Shown: one piece after another, positions 13,462-26,842 of the stretch
Layout: the number at the start of each line of letters is the position of its first letter
Numbering within the stretch: the first letter of the stretch is position 1
Assembly: GCF_963665055.2 (NCBI RefSeq)
Contig: NZ_CAXXRN010000003.1
Location: forward strand, 10,326 to 74,325
DNA from: an uncultured Methanobacterium sp.
Lineage (GTDB): Archaea; Methanobacteriota; Methanobacteria; Methanobacteriales; Methanobacteriaceae
Length of the DNA: 64,000 nt
Direction of reading: 5' to 3'
Notes under the pieces: model-generated
The model's database searches: none
Seen by the model: the letters and a program-made list of their open reading frames with translations, nothing else
What the model was told of the DNA's origin: nothing
Translations under genes and position numbers: made by a program

Positions 13462-13729
13462 TTCACTTCCACCTTTTTTTGGTAAGGGGATTTTAATTAT
13501 CAATTTATGATTTTATTCAATGATTTCATTGTTGATTTTTATGACCTTAATTTAAGTTGCTTAATCATATGAGTATTAGAGATTAATAAATATTCCCTTA
13601 ACCTGTACTATTTAAAGATGGTTAATAAGGGGTAAAATTGATTGTTAAAAACTATAGCAAAAAAATTATAGAAAAAAAGAGTTTATAAAAAATGGATAAA
13701 GGCTAAATGTTTATTAATTAACATTTATC

Positions 13730-14239
13730 TTAAATAAACCTTTCAAACCTTTCTTTTCCTGCTTTACATATGGGACATGTTTCCGGGGGTTCTTCACGAG
13801 CACACAGATACCCGCAAACCCTACATCTCCACACTGGTAAGGGAAGAGAGCTTAATGTTTGTTCTTGTGCGGTTTGTTTAGCTGATTGTCTTTGGCTGGG
13901 CCCTGGTCTTCTCTCAGGTATGGAAGTTAACTTTTTTTCTCCATGGAGGACTTCACTGGAAATGTACAGTCCACAGTAGCATGCTCCAAATTCATCAAGG
14001 TCTGGATCACGATAATCACAGGGACAGATTATATCCAGGTCTTCTTCCTTAATTCCTGATGCCAGACGGCAGGGACAGGCCCCGTAACCATAACGATCCT
14101 GGTTTATGAGGATGCTTTCCAAAAGTTCCTTGGTGAAGGCTTCATCCGGATTCAAATGATAACCAAAAGCCTCTGCTTCTTCTTTGGATTTCTCGTAAAA
14201 CCTGTTTACATCATCTGCAGTGATGTTATTAGGGTTCAT
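13730..14239 (-). CDS. Ferredoxin-thioredoxin reductase catalytic-subunit-like protein with C-terminal rubredoxin domain
   Basis: CPCR, CPC, CYC motifs; C-terminal WRCRVCG...CPIC. Confidence 0.9.
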   Translation of the reverse strand: MNPNNITADDVNRFYEKSKEEAEAFGYHLNPDEAFTKELLESILINQDRYGYGACPCRLASGIKEEDLDIICPCDYRDPDLDEFGACYCGLYISSEVLHGEKKLTSIPERRPGPSQRQSAKQTAQEQTLSSLPLPVWRCRVCGYLCAREEPPETCPICKAGKERFERFI

Positions 14240-14514
14240 CCCAAGATCTCCCTCACTTTATCTTCATTGAATCCCACAATGGTTTCCTTATCATCTATGA
14301 CCAGGGTAGGAAATGAAAGTTGAGAGTTCCACTTTTCCACCTGCTGGATTATTTCCTGTCTTTCTTTTCCTTCCAGAAGATCCACATAGATATAATCGTA
14401 TTCCACTCCTAGATCCTCCAGGAGCATTCTAGTTTTTTTACACCATCCACAGGTACTTAAAGCAAAAAGGACTGTTTTACCTTTGTTTTCACCATCAACA
14501 TGTTGCATTGGCAT
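14236..14514 (-). CDS. Glutaredoxin / NrdH-like redoxin
   Basis: CGWC active site, SFPT and VGF motifs; GGAGG RBS; stop overlaps the FTR-like start. Confidence 0.9.
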   Translation of the reverse strand: MPMQHVDGENKGKTVLFALSTCGWCKKTRMLLEDLGVEYDYIYVDLLEGKERQEIIQQVEKWNSQLSFPTLVIDDKETIVGFNEDKVREILG

Positions 14515-14909
14515 TTTGATTTCCTCCTTTTTAGAATATTACGGTTCTAGATGAGAATTCCATCATTTCTAATGAGAATACTCGCATTTCCAGATATGAC
14601 AACATTCCAGACAACATTCTGTACATGACAAAGTTCCGGATGAGAATACAACAACATTCTAGATCATTCCCAGAAAAATCATTTCCAGATAAAGATTATC
14701 TCCAGATTATGTTAACCTCATCATCGGATTATTTGACAATGATTGATCATAATTCCATCTTTTATTATGTTACATCTTGTATTAATAAACTGGTAATAAA
14801 AAAATAGGTGGGATTTATCATATAATCCCTTAACAGGTTATCCCCCTGTTTTAACTATCTGTACCATACTTTGGGATTGATTTATCCACATTATACAGAT
14901 TATTTGAGG

Positions 14910-16184
14910 TTATATGTTGTCTCGTACCATTCTCAAGGCACAGAATTCGCCGCACATGGTGCACATGTCACTTTCAGGAGTGGGTTTCCTTTCACGGCAT
15001 TTTCGAGCCTTTTCAGCATCAAATGAGAGTTGGTACTGTTTTTCCCAGTCAAAATTTTTCCGGGCACTTGCCATTTCCATTTCTTTGGCCCAGGCACTTT
15101 CAAGCCCATTTGCAACATCTGCAGCTTGTGCTGCTATTTTTGATGCCACAACACCCTCTTTGACGTCCTGTAACCCTGGTATGGAAAGATGCTCTGCGGG
15201 AGTTACGTAACACAGGAAATCAGCACCAGCACGGGCTGCCAGTGCCCCTCCAATAGCTGAAGTTATGTGATCGTATCCTGGTGCCAGGTCAGTTACTATT
15301 GGCCCTAAAACGTAGAATGGAGCACCTTTGCAGACTGTTTTCTGGATTTGCATGTTGGCTTCCACCTGGTTTAAGGGGACGTGTCCGGGTCCTTCTACCA
15401 TGACCTGTACATCTGCCTCTCGGGCACGTTTAACCAGATCCCCCAGGATCAGGAGCTCACCAATCTGTGGTATATCCGAGGCATCAGCCAGACAACCTGG
15501 CCTGAGACCATCACCCAGCGAGAGAGTCACATCGTGTTCACGGGCGATTTCCAGTAGGTAATCGTAATTTTTATATAATGGGTTTTCTTCCTGGTTGTGC
15601 AGTATCCAGGCGGTTAAAAAAGCTCCTCCCCTACTTACCACTCCCATGATCCTCTCGGATCTTTTGACTTTTTCCACGGTGTCCAGGGTGATGCCACTGT
15701 GCACTGTCATGAAGTCCACTCCTTCCCTGGCCTGTTCTTCAATAGCCCGGAACATGTCATCTGCATCCATGTTAACCACAGCATCCTTCATCTGAGATGC
15801 AGTTATCCCGGCCTGGTATATGGGGACAGTTCCGATGGGAATATTTGTAGCTTCCATTACTGCTTTGCGCACTTCACGGAATTTGGGCCCAGTGGAAAGA
15901 TCCATCACTGCATCGGCCCCGTATTCAGTTGCTACTAGAGCCTTTTTTACTTCCAATTGCACATTTTCCAGTTCAGGGGAGGATCCCAAATTGGCGTTGA
16001 TCTTGGTACTGAGTCCCCTGCCTACACCACAGGGTTTGGTGTTCCTGTTTTTATTACTTGGAATCACCACATGACCTTTAGCAACTCTTTTTGTGAGTTT
16101 TTGAACATCTATGCCTTCATATTCTGCTACTTTTCGTATTTCGTCTGTGATCTGGCCCTTGCCAGCGTGGTACAATTGAGTCAC
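14910..16184 (-). CDS. thiC: Phosphomethylpyrimidine synthase ThiC family radical SAM enzyme (short form)
   Basis: KINANLG, MDLST, GTVPIYQ, DFMTVHSG, SRGG, GDGLRPG, EGPGH, GYDHI, CYVTPAEHL, CTMCGEFC. GTG 16184 preferred (GAGGGTGA upstream). Bza-type function not excluded. Confidence 0.88.
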   Translation of the reverse strand: MTQLYHAGKGQITDEIRKVAEYEGIDVQKLTKRVAKGHVVIPSNKNRNTKPCGVGRGLSTKINANLGSSPELENVQLEVKKALVATEYGADAVMDLSTGPKFREVRKAVMEATNIPIGTVPIYQAGITASQMKDAVVNMDADDMFRAIEEQAREGVDFMTVHSGITLDTVEKVKRSERIMGVVSRGGAFLTAWILHNQEENPLYKNYDYLLEIAREHDVTLSLGDGLRPGCLADASDIPQIGELLILGDLVKRAREADVQVMVEGPGHVPLNQVEANMQIQKTVCKGAPFYVLGPIVTDLAPGYDHITSAIGGALAARAGADFLCYVTPAEHLSIPGLQDVKEGVVASKIAAQAADVANGLESAWAKEMEMASARKNFDWEKQYQLSFDAEKARKCRERKPTPESDMCTMCGEFCALRMVRDNI

Positions 16185-16234
16185 TTTTCTCACCCTCGTT
16201 TCATATATTAGGAAGTAGTTGAAAATTAAATATT

Positions 16235-16615
16235 ATGATAAAAAAATTGCATGCTAAAGATATCATGATCAAGGAAGTGCATGTTACCTCACCCAATGAC
16301 CTGGTAGCAGCAGCCAAACTGAAGATGATGCGCTGCAATGTGGGAGGACTGCCAGTGGTTAATGAAAAACAGCTGGTGGGAATAATAACCCATCGAGATG
16401 TTTTACTGGCTGGTGGGGAGTCTCTGGGCCTTAAAGTGAGCGATTTAATGAGTAAAGACCTCGAGGTAGTAAATAGAGACACTCCAGTCATGATTATTAC
16501 TCGGATCATGGCAGATAAAGGTTTCCAGAGAATTCCAGTGGTGGAAGATGGTAACCTGGTGGGACTCATAACCCAGAGCTCACTTATCCGTGCACTTGCT
16601 GATTCTGGGGAATAA
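16235..16615 (+). CDS. CBS-pair domain protein
   Basis: Two CBS repeats (GLPVV...VGIITHRD; RIPVVEDGNLVGLITQSS). Confidence 0.92.
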   Translation: MIKKLHAKDIMIKEVHVTSPNDLVAAAKLKMMRCNVGGLPVVNEKQLVGIITHRDVLLAGGESLGLKVSDLMSKDLEVVNRDTPVMIITRIMADKGFQRIPVVEDGNLVGLITQSSLIRALADSGE

Positions 16616-16823
16616 CTAAAATCCTTTTTTAAATATCCTTTTTTAAATAATTTTAACATTGTTAATTTTTTAACATTGTTAATAATTCTTACTTTTTCAC
16701 TACCAATTTCTCGATATTAATTATTTTTATAAAATCCTTTTTTTCATAATATCCTTCTGTAATCTTAATTATTTTTCATAAAATCCAGTTTAATAAAGTA
16801 CCACATCTAAATTTGGAGTTGGG

Positions 16824-17654
16824 TTAAAGTAATGGTTTGGGAATCTTTGGATCTTTCTTATCTTTTAATCCTCCGATCTTTTTAATTCTCATTTTCAGGA
16901 ATTTTTCACCATCTTCAGTAACTCCATATATTGGTATGGATTCTCCTGCCCTGAAATAAGCTTGATCTTCACCAATTTCCCGGATACATTTAGAAGCACA
17001 TCCAGTTATCACATCAGCATATTTAAATAAATTTTTTGCATCTTCTTCAGAAATCTGGGTTACATGGGCCGCAAAAATGTATATTTTTATATTTGGATTC
17101 TGTTCTTCAAGCTCCCTGATACTCTTTGCATCTGCTGCAGAAACCAGCGTAACCGCTATCTTATTAAATCCCATTTCAATTGCTTTTTTAACACCTTTAA
17201 TCTGGTTAATCTCTGCTGTTTCCGGATCAAGTATATTTTCAGCACCTAAAAGATTGACAACATCTTCAAGAGGAGTTGTGCTTACCAGACCAGATACTCT
17301 ACCCCCAATACCCTGAATCAGTTCAGGCTCGGTTAATATTACTGTACCGCATCCTTCACATACTGTTACCACGGCATCGATTTTTCCCGCTTCAACTGCA
17401 GTATTCAGAGTTTCTGAAACCCCAAAAGAAAGGAAATCCTGCATTCTCAGGGTTCTCTCACCGGTGCAAAAGCCAAAATCATTTATTCTGAATTCGATGT
17501 TTTCCTTTACATCTTTAGCAGTGAGCTTTTTTATACCCCTGTATTTATCAAATATAGGGCAATATTCTATTTTTGGCTCCCCAACTTCGACTACTTTTCC
17601 GTCTTTAATTTTAACTCTGGTTTTACCCAGGGCTTCAATCACATGTTCATCCAT
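16824..17654 (-). CDS. Methanogenesis marker protein 8 (DUF2099 family)
   Basis: MDEHVIEALG...YCPIF, FGVSE, VCEGCGTV, GGRVSGL, HVT, CASK motifs recalled for this family. Confidence 0.85.
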   Translation of the reverse strand: MDEHVIEALGKTRVKIKDGKVVEVGEPKIEYCPIFDKYRGIKKLTAKDVKENIEFRINDFGFCTGERTLRMQDFLSFGVSETLNTAVEAGKIDAVVTVCEGCGTVILTEPELIQGIGGRVSGLVSTTPLEDVVNLLGAENILDPETAEINQIKGVKKAIEMGFNKIAVTLVSAADAKSIRELEEQNPNIKIYIFAAHVTQISEEDAKNLFKYADVITGCASKCIREIGEDQAYFRAGESIPIYGVTEDGEKFLKMRIKKIGGLKDKKDPKIPKPLL

Positions 17655-17790
17655 TTTTTGTTCACCTGAAAACACAATAAGTACCTGAAAACATAAAGTG
17701 ATTTATTAAATATAAGCAATTCATAGAATAAGTATACTCATTCTTCCTATAGAAAACTTTAAATTAGATGAGAATGAACAGGATATAAGC

Positions 17791-17905
<115 letters not shown>

Positions 17906-18096
17906 TTATTATCATTATTTTAATGTATTTCTGATTTTCAAGAATTTTTTTCCAATATTTGTTAACTAAAAAACAAATATTTTGTTAACTAAAAACAGTT
18001 GAATCACTTAACTAAAAACAGGTAAAAGTATATCCTATAAAAAACCCCATTTTTATCCTCAAAATCCCATTAAAATAAAAAAATAATTATTTATAA

Positions 18097-18417
18097 TCAT
18101 TTCAAACGTTGTTCTTTTTCAGAACCTTCAATGCAGTACAATTCATGTTTCATTTCAAAATTACTGTGGGCAGGACACTGGGAACAAATGCATTCTACCT
18201 GATCAACTTCACAGTTACTTTTACCTAAAATACAAAATAATGCTTCGTTATTTCCAGTCATACACTGATTATATGTTGGGCAGGTCCGACATATACAAAT
18301 TTTTTTCTTTTCCATGTTAATTAATTGGTTTAACTGCTCTTCTGGCATTTCAGACATTTTTTCCAGGGCTATTTCAAACTGGTCCATAAAATCCCTCCTA
18401 CTAAAATAACCATCCAT
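18097..18417 (-). CDS. Small Cys-rich protein (DUF2769-like)
   Basis: CICRTCPTYNQC, LFCILGKSNC, CICSQCP, YC pattern. Confidence 0.75.
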   Translation of the reverse strand: MDGYFSRRDFMDQFEIALEKMSEMPEEQLNQLINMEKKKICICRTCPTYNQCMTGNNEALFCILGKSNCEVDQVECICSQCPAHSNFEMKHELYCIEGSEKEQRLK

Positions 18418-18567
18418 TTATTCTAAAGTGACCATCCATTTAATTTCTATATCATTTCTTTGTAATTTTTCTTAAATGATTTTTTTCTTAAATGATCTGT
18501 ATTTTCTGATCAGTATTTTCATACATCATACAGATCAGTTAGTTATAATACCTCATAATCACACCAA

Positions 18568-18750
18568 TTACGTGTATCTCATCCTGATGACGTTGAATGC
18601 AACTACCACCCCTACAAATGCAATTCTGATGTAGGGACTCACTGGGGCAAAAAGAGCGATTAATAATATGGCCACACCCACAATACTATGGGTTAAAAGG
18701 TTTTTCCAGTCAGTTAGATATGCTCTTAGTCCTTTGATCACACGATTCAT
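18568..18750 (-). CDS. Small two-TM membrane protein (paralog of 18893..19096)
   Basis: 60 aa, two hydrophobic helices, clear paralogy with its neighbour. Confidence 0.75.
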   Translation of the reverse strand: MNRVIKGLRAYLTDWKNLLTHSIVGVAILLIALFAPVSPYIRIAFVGVVVAFNVIRMRYT

Positions 18751-18892
18751 GGTTTTTTCAACTCCCTTAATTCATCAGGTACCCCTCAATTCATGAAGTA
18801 ATATATTAACTGTAAATATTGATTCACTGTAATCAATTGCATAACTCAATTCAAATATATTTCAACCACAAAAAATCTACTTCTTTAGGATA

Positions 18893-19096
18893 CTAGCCCA
18901 AGTATCTCATCCTCAACAGGTTGAAACCCACTGCACCAGCAAAAACACCTACCCGGACGTAAGGGTTAATTGAATCAAACACGGTTAATATTAACATTGA
19001 AACTCCAGTTAATGCGTGGACTATCCTGTTTTTCCTGTCTTTGAAGTATGATTTGATGCCGTTTACTATGTTCTCCATAAGTTGAGTAACCTCCAA
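18893..19096 (-). CDS. Small two-TM membrane protein (paralog of 18568..18750)
   Basis: Shared pattern (G)(I/L)(K/R)xYxxDxKNxxxHxxxG...PY(V/I)R...FN(L/V)(L/I)RMRY. Confidence 0.75.
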   Translation of the reverse strand: MEVTQLMENIVNGIKSYFKDRKNRIVHALTGVSMLILTVFDSINPYVRVGVFAGAVGFNLLRMRYLG

Positions 19097-19226
19097 ATTA
19101 GTATATCGAATTATGATATATATAATTATGATATATCGTTTTTTTATATATAGTTTGTGGTTATTAAAACTCCAAAAACATTAAAAATAAACAACACCAG
19201 ACTAAAACTGTATCTAAAAAGAATTA

Positions 19227-20003
19227 ATGAATGGTTATTTTGGTGTATTTATGCCTGCTGAACAGGAAGCAAAAAGTTATTGGGAAATGTTAGACCGTCA
19301 AAAGGGAATTATCAGCGAAGAAGAACAGTTGAATCTCTTAAACTCCCAGATTACGGTCATTGGTTGTGGAGGTATAGGTGGAGCCACCACTGAAATGCTA
19401 GCCAGGATAGGGGTTGGAAAGCTTCGAATAGTTGATAAAGACGTTTTCGACCTATCAAATATTAATCGGCAGTTAATGAGTAGCCAGGAAAGTGTGGGAA
19501 GATCAAAAACAGAAATAACCAAAAAGAGACTGGAATCCATTAACCCCACCATAGAGGTTGAAGCATTTAACCAGGAGTTAAATGATAAAAACGTTTTAAA
19601 AATTTTAAAGGGAAGTCAAATCATCATTGACGCACTGGACAACCTTTTAACCCGTATTATTGTAAGCCGGTGCTGTGAAAAGTTAGACATTCCATTCATC
19701 CACGGAGCAATACACGGCACCATGGGCCAGGTTAGTGTTTTTAACAGTTCCACACCGTCTTACGAAGAATTATTTAAATTACCCTCGCAGGGCAAAGAAT
19801 TAAGCGATGAAATCCGTTCAAAGGTTTCAAATCTCAGTAAAGAAGTTCCACCAGTAATTGGGCCAGTGCCCAATATAGTGGGATGTCTCCAGGCTTTTGA
19901 ATCTGTTAAACTTATTACTGGTAAAGGAAGCCCTATTATGGCCCCTCGTGTGCTGATGTTTGATTTAATGAAAGAAGAAGCATTTTCAGTAGTTCGTTTT
20001 TAA
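19227..20003 (+). CDS. ThiF/MoeB/HesA family E1-like adenylyltransferase
   Basis: VIGCGGIG, DKDVFDLSNINRQ, IDALDN motifs; true start may be ATG 19251. Confidence 0.9.
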   Translation: MNGYFGVFMPAEQEAKSYWEMLDRQKGIISEEEQLNLLNSQITVIGCGGIGGATTEMLARIGVGKLRIVDKDVFDLSNINRQLMSSQESVGRSKTEITKKRLESINPTIEVEAFNQELNDKNVLKILKGSQIIIDALDNLLTRIIVSRCCEKLDIPFIHGAIHGTMGQVSVFNSSTPSYEELFKLPSQGKELSDEIRSKVSNLSKEVPPVIGPVPNIVGCLQAFESVKLITGKGSPIMAPRVLMFDLMKEEAFSVVRF

Positions 20004-20265
20004 TTAACCCCTGTAATTTATGGACCCACTACATGCATAGTCCTGGAAACAGTACAGTTTAAGTAACAACAGTAAAATGTTGGAAAACCAAGAATGATAA
20101 GCCACATTTGACAGAACAAATGTCTTAATTAATATTAATTAATATATAAAAACATGATTAAAGAGCATTAACTCTAATTCCACTTTAAAAATTTTAATTC
20201 CAAGTTAAAAATGGTAATTCCGGTTAAAAATGTTTATTGCACTCAAATAAAGAATAGGTGTTTTA

Positions 20266-20661
20266 ATGTTATCCCAAAAATCAGCGCTAATTGTGAGCTT
20301 CATTATTGTAATATCAATTGTAATGACCAGCGGATGTACTTTCGACATGAAAAATCTCATTAATCAGAATAATAACAGTAAGGTAGATATAATTCAGTAT
20401 ACAGTTAACGTTGACTCCAGCAATAACAATTCTTATCATGTAAATGGTATGGTAGAAAACAGAGCTGCCCAGAACTACAGTTCTGTCAACTTAACAGTTA
20501 CTGGATACAATGCTAAAAAAGAAGCAATCTCCAAAACCAAAATAACATTACCAAAAGTGCCAGCACATGATTATACTGATTATGATGCATGGTTAACTTC
20601 ATCCAACGGTGAAAAAATAAGCACAGCCACTGTTGAATTCATAAATGGTACCAAAGGTTGA
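20266..20661 (+). CDS. Secreted/lipoprotein-like protein (FxLYD-like domain)
   Basis: Signal peptide ending VMTSGC (lipobox-like); VNGMVEN...VNLTVTGYN pattern. Confidence 0.65.
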   Translation: MLSQKSALIVSFIIVISIVMTSGCTFDMKNLINQNNNSKVDIIQYTVNVDSSNNNSYHVNGMVENRAAQNYSSVNLTVTGYNAKKEAISKTKITLPKVPAHDYTDYDAWLTSSNGEKISTATVEFINGTKG

Positions 20662-20886
20662 TTTCTTTAGAAAATATTCTAATTTACTTTTAAAAGGATT
20701 TCTTAAAGATTTTTAGAGATTTTTTAAAGATATCTTCGAGACTTCTTAATTTTAAAAAAGATTTCAGTTTACGATGCACCAGCCACATAAATAATATGAT
20801 TGTCACAATCCTGGAACACATATCATAATTCATTACATTGGATGAAATTGGTACATAATAATTATGGTTGTCACAATCCACAAACA

Positions 20887-22271
<1,385 letters not shown>

Positions 22272-22282
22272 AACCTCTCATT

Positions 22283-22306
22283 ATTTCTTTTTTTCTTTTA
22301 TTTTTC
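22283..22306 (+). terminator. Oligo-T terminator of glnA
   Basis: T-rich tract immediately after the stop codon. Confidence 0.55.
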
Positions 22307-22537
22307 ATACCCTCCCCACATTGATATTCACGAAACATTGATATCCAGAAGTTTCACATCCCGAATTTTAACCATAAGTATTTAAAATTAATCTCAATAA
22401 TTAAAACTAACATTCTTAAATTAATAATTGGATTAAATACTAGAATTCATAAATGAAACTAGTACTATTACAAAATAGAAATAAAATTTAATTAAAACTA
22501 AATAATTTTACTGATACTAAAATAGAAGGGTGAATAG

Positions 22538-24235
<1,698 letters not shown>

Positions 24236-24532
24236 ACAAACTTCTTCCTGTTGTTGTATTTGAATAAAAAAAATATTCTTTAAATCCCTTCTATACGGTC
24301 AATTTTTCTCATTATTCCATAAAATCTTATTATTCCCATGAAAAAAGTTTTAATTACAATAGGGTTTATTTTACAATAGGGTTTATTTTCAATTAAACAT
24401 TTAATTCTTAACGAAATATTCCAGAGCTAGATAGTATCCCCAGAATGAGAATGGAATCTGTTACTCATTACTGGGAATGTTTGAGTTAGTTGATCTACCT
24501 TTGAGTTAGGGATCTACCAAGTCTTTGATTTT

Positions 24533-25024
24533 TTAGTCAACAAAACGTTTATCTGATTTTTTATCTTTAGCTTCATGATGTTTATCGTCAAACCAGCCTA
24601 TAGAAACCTCTTCATCATTACAGGTGTTAAAATGAGGAATGTATGGCTTTATATCAAGAAGAGGAGTTCCATCAAGAATGTCCACATTGGATATATGAAT
24701 TACATTCCCTTCTACTTTATCCAATTTAACTACTGAAATACCAATAGGATTTGGACGTTTAGGTGCTCTTGTTGCAAATATACCCCGTTTTACTGTGTCC
24801 AGGAATGGTTTTACTTTAAGTGAATGTCCATTGCACATGTGGAAATGATAGATCAATATAATATGGGAAAATCCATCTAAATCCTTTAAACCTTCTTCAT
24901 ATTCTTTGTTAAGAATTATTTCTCCTTTAACTCCTTCTGCACCAACAGGTTGTATTGGCATTCCATGAAGTTCTTTAAAGGGAGAATGTATGATTCCAAT
25001 TGGATTGTACTGTACTTGATTCAT
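24533..25024 (-). CDS. trmO: tRNA m6t6A37 methyltransferase TrmO/TsaA family
   Basis: PIGIIHSPF, GLKDLDGFSH, GIFATRAPKRPNPIG, LDGTPLLDIKPY. Confidence 0.9.
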   Translation of the reverse strand: MNQVQYNPIGIIHSPFKELHGMPIQPVGAEGVKGEIILNKEYEEGLKDLDGFSHIILIYHFHMCNGHSLKVKPFLDTVKRGIFATRAPKRPNPIGISVVKLDKVEGNVIHISNVDILDGTPLLDIKPYIPHFNTCNDEEVSIGWFDDKHHEAKDKKSDKRFVD

Positions 25025-25162
25025 TGTTTATCACCGTAATACAAAATAGTGGAAAATGCCGAGATGTAACAGTTTACATTAAAAAAATATTTTAATCATC
25101 TAATATATAAAATAACACGCTAGAGTAACTGGATGAAAACTAAAAAATGGAGATGTTAAACC

Positions 25163-25372
25163 ATGAAAATAAGTGCCAGGAATACTATTAAAGGTAAAGT
25201 AGAGGGTGTGGAAGTAGGAGCAGTAATGGCTAACGTCAAAATAAAAATAGAAGCTCCAGATGTTATCACAGCAATAATCACCAAGGAATCTGTCAAAGAT
25301 CTGGATATTAAAGACGGGGACGAAGTTATCGCCATTGTTAAATCCACTGAAGTAATGGTTGGCAAAAAATAA
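25163..25372 (+). CDS. mop: Molybdate/tungstate-binding Mop (molbindin, single TOBE domain)
   Basis: MKISARN, ITAIITKES, L-x-(I)-x-x-G-D, AIVKSTEV. Confidence 0.92.
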   Translation: MKISARNTIKGKVEGVEVGAVMANVKIKIEAPDVITAIITKESVKDLDIKDGDEVIAIVKSTEVMVGKK

Positions 25373-25532
25373 CCCTATTACTACTTCTCTTTTTTATTTT
25401 TTTAAAGAATTCATGGTTTCAACCCAACAATCAAATCCATTATAATTTCCTCACACTTCGCTTTTTAAAGGATAATAGAACTTTTTTTAAGGTTTTAACA
25501 ATTATTAATTTTTTTTAAATTTCAATGAAATT

Positions 25533-25556
25533 CGATATGTTTATATGTCCATATCG
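25533..25556 (+). promoter_or_regulatory. 24-bp palindromic operator-like element enclosing the TATA box of ferredoxin-fwdF
   Basis: CGATATG-TTTATATGTC-CATATCG (7-bp inverted repeat); 20/24 identical to 34858..34881. Confidence 0.7.
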
Positions 25557-25595
25557 CATAATTATAGCATCAATCATTAAGTGAGGGTGATAATT

Positions 25596-25794
<199 letters not shown>

Positions 25795-25813
25795 ATATAG
25801 GGGAATGGTATTT

Positions 25814-26809
25814 ATGAGCGCGGTAGAAAGAAATGGGAACGACAAACGTTCTCTGGATTACATCAGTGACAAATGTGTGGGATGCGGTATATGCACCAGC
25901 ATCTGCCCCACAGAATCCTTAAGGCTGGGCCCAGTATTACCCATAGCCAGAGGACTGGTGAACATGGATTACGTGAATGTTAACAAGAACAGCTGTGTTT
26001 TATGCGGTTTATGCGCATCAGCCTGTCCTTTCGAAGCATTCGAGTTCAAGATCAACGATGAAAACATCAAAGATCTGGAGGCCTATCCTCAATGGAACCA
26101 CTCGGCCTACATTGACAATGAAGAGTGTTTATATTGTAAGGCATGTGAAACTGCTTGCCCTCAGGATGCCATAACCATAAAACGTGAACTACCTAAACGT
26201 TCCAACCTGGTTGTAGGTGAAATCGATATAAACAAGGACGAATGTATTTACTGTGGTATATGTGAAGAGATGTGCCCACCACAGGCCATAACTATGACTG
26301 TCAAGGAACAGATGGAACGCGACATCGAAGTGGATGAAGATAAATGTGTTTACTGTCTGGTGTGTAAACGTGCCTGCCCAGTTGATGCTATAAAAGCAGC
26401 ATGTACTTCCTGTTCATATGGAGAGTATGAAATAAACCCAGAAGATGCTAAAATCAAGGGAAGGGCCATTCTGGAGGAAGACAAATGTGTTAACTGCGGC
26501 TGGTGCCAGGAAATCTGTCCGGTTGATGCTGCTAAAGTCATCAAACCATTTGAAGGCGAAATTTCCGTTAACATCGAAGAATGTAAAGGTGAATCCTGCC
26601 ACGCATGTGTGGACGTCTGCCCCTGTAATGCAGCAAGTATTGTGGATGATAAATCATCCATTGAAGAGAAATTCTGCATTCTCTGCGGTGCCTGCAGTAA
26701 TGTGTGCCCACAAAACTGCATAACCATTAAACGGGACAAGATGAACCTGGAAAACATCCGTTCCAAATCCTGGCAGAACAAGCTATCCGGATTAATTGAA
26801 GGGAAATAA
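25814..26809 (+). CDS. fwdF: Polyferredoxin of the formylmethanofuran dehydrogenase subunit F (FwdF/FmdF) family
   Basis: Eight CxxCxxCxxxC-type motifs; N-terminal VERNG...R-L...CVGCGIC...GP...IARG pattern typical of FwdF; no other fwd subunits adjacent. Confidence 0.8.
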   Translation: MSAVERNGNDKRSLDYISDKCVGCGICTSICPTESLRLGPVLPIARGLVNMDYVNVNKNSCVLCGLCASACPFEAFEFKINDENIKDLEAYPQWNHSAYIDNEECLYCKACETACPQDAITIKRELPKRSNLVVGEIDINKDECIYCGICEEMCPPQAITMTVKEQMERDIEVDEDKCVYCLVCKRACPVDAIKAACTSCSYGEYEINPEDAKIKGRAILEEDKCVNCGWCQEICPVDAAKVIKPFEGEISVNIEECKGESCHACVDVCPCNAASIVDDKSSIEEKFCILCGACSNVCPQNCITIKRDKMNLENIRSKSWQNKLSGLIEGK

Positions 26810-26842
26810 TTTTTATCTCTTCCTCCTTTTTTTCTTTTTTTG
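26810..26842 (+). terminator. Oligo-T terminator of ferredoxin-fwdF
   Basis: Pyrimidine/T tracts right after the stop codon. Confidence 0.55.

Noticed and set aside
14525-14807. 60-aa ORF and ACAACATTC(C/T)AGA repeats between thiC and glutaredoxin
   Set aside because: The ORF arises from short degenerate repeats and has no RBS or motif; repeats are too irregular for an array.
16201-16659. 152-aa minus-strand ORF
   Set aside because: Antisense to the CBS-domain gene, with no recognisable motifs.
19114-19138. Further ModE-like box upstream of the ThiF/MoeB gene (TGATATATA-N7-GATATATCG)
   Set aside because: One base too long, lacks the left CG, and is explained by a tandem AATTATGATATAT duplication.
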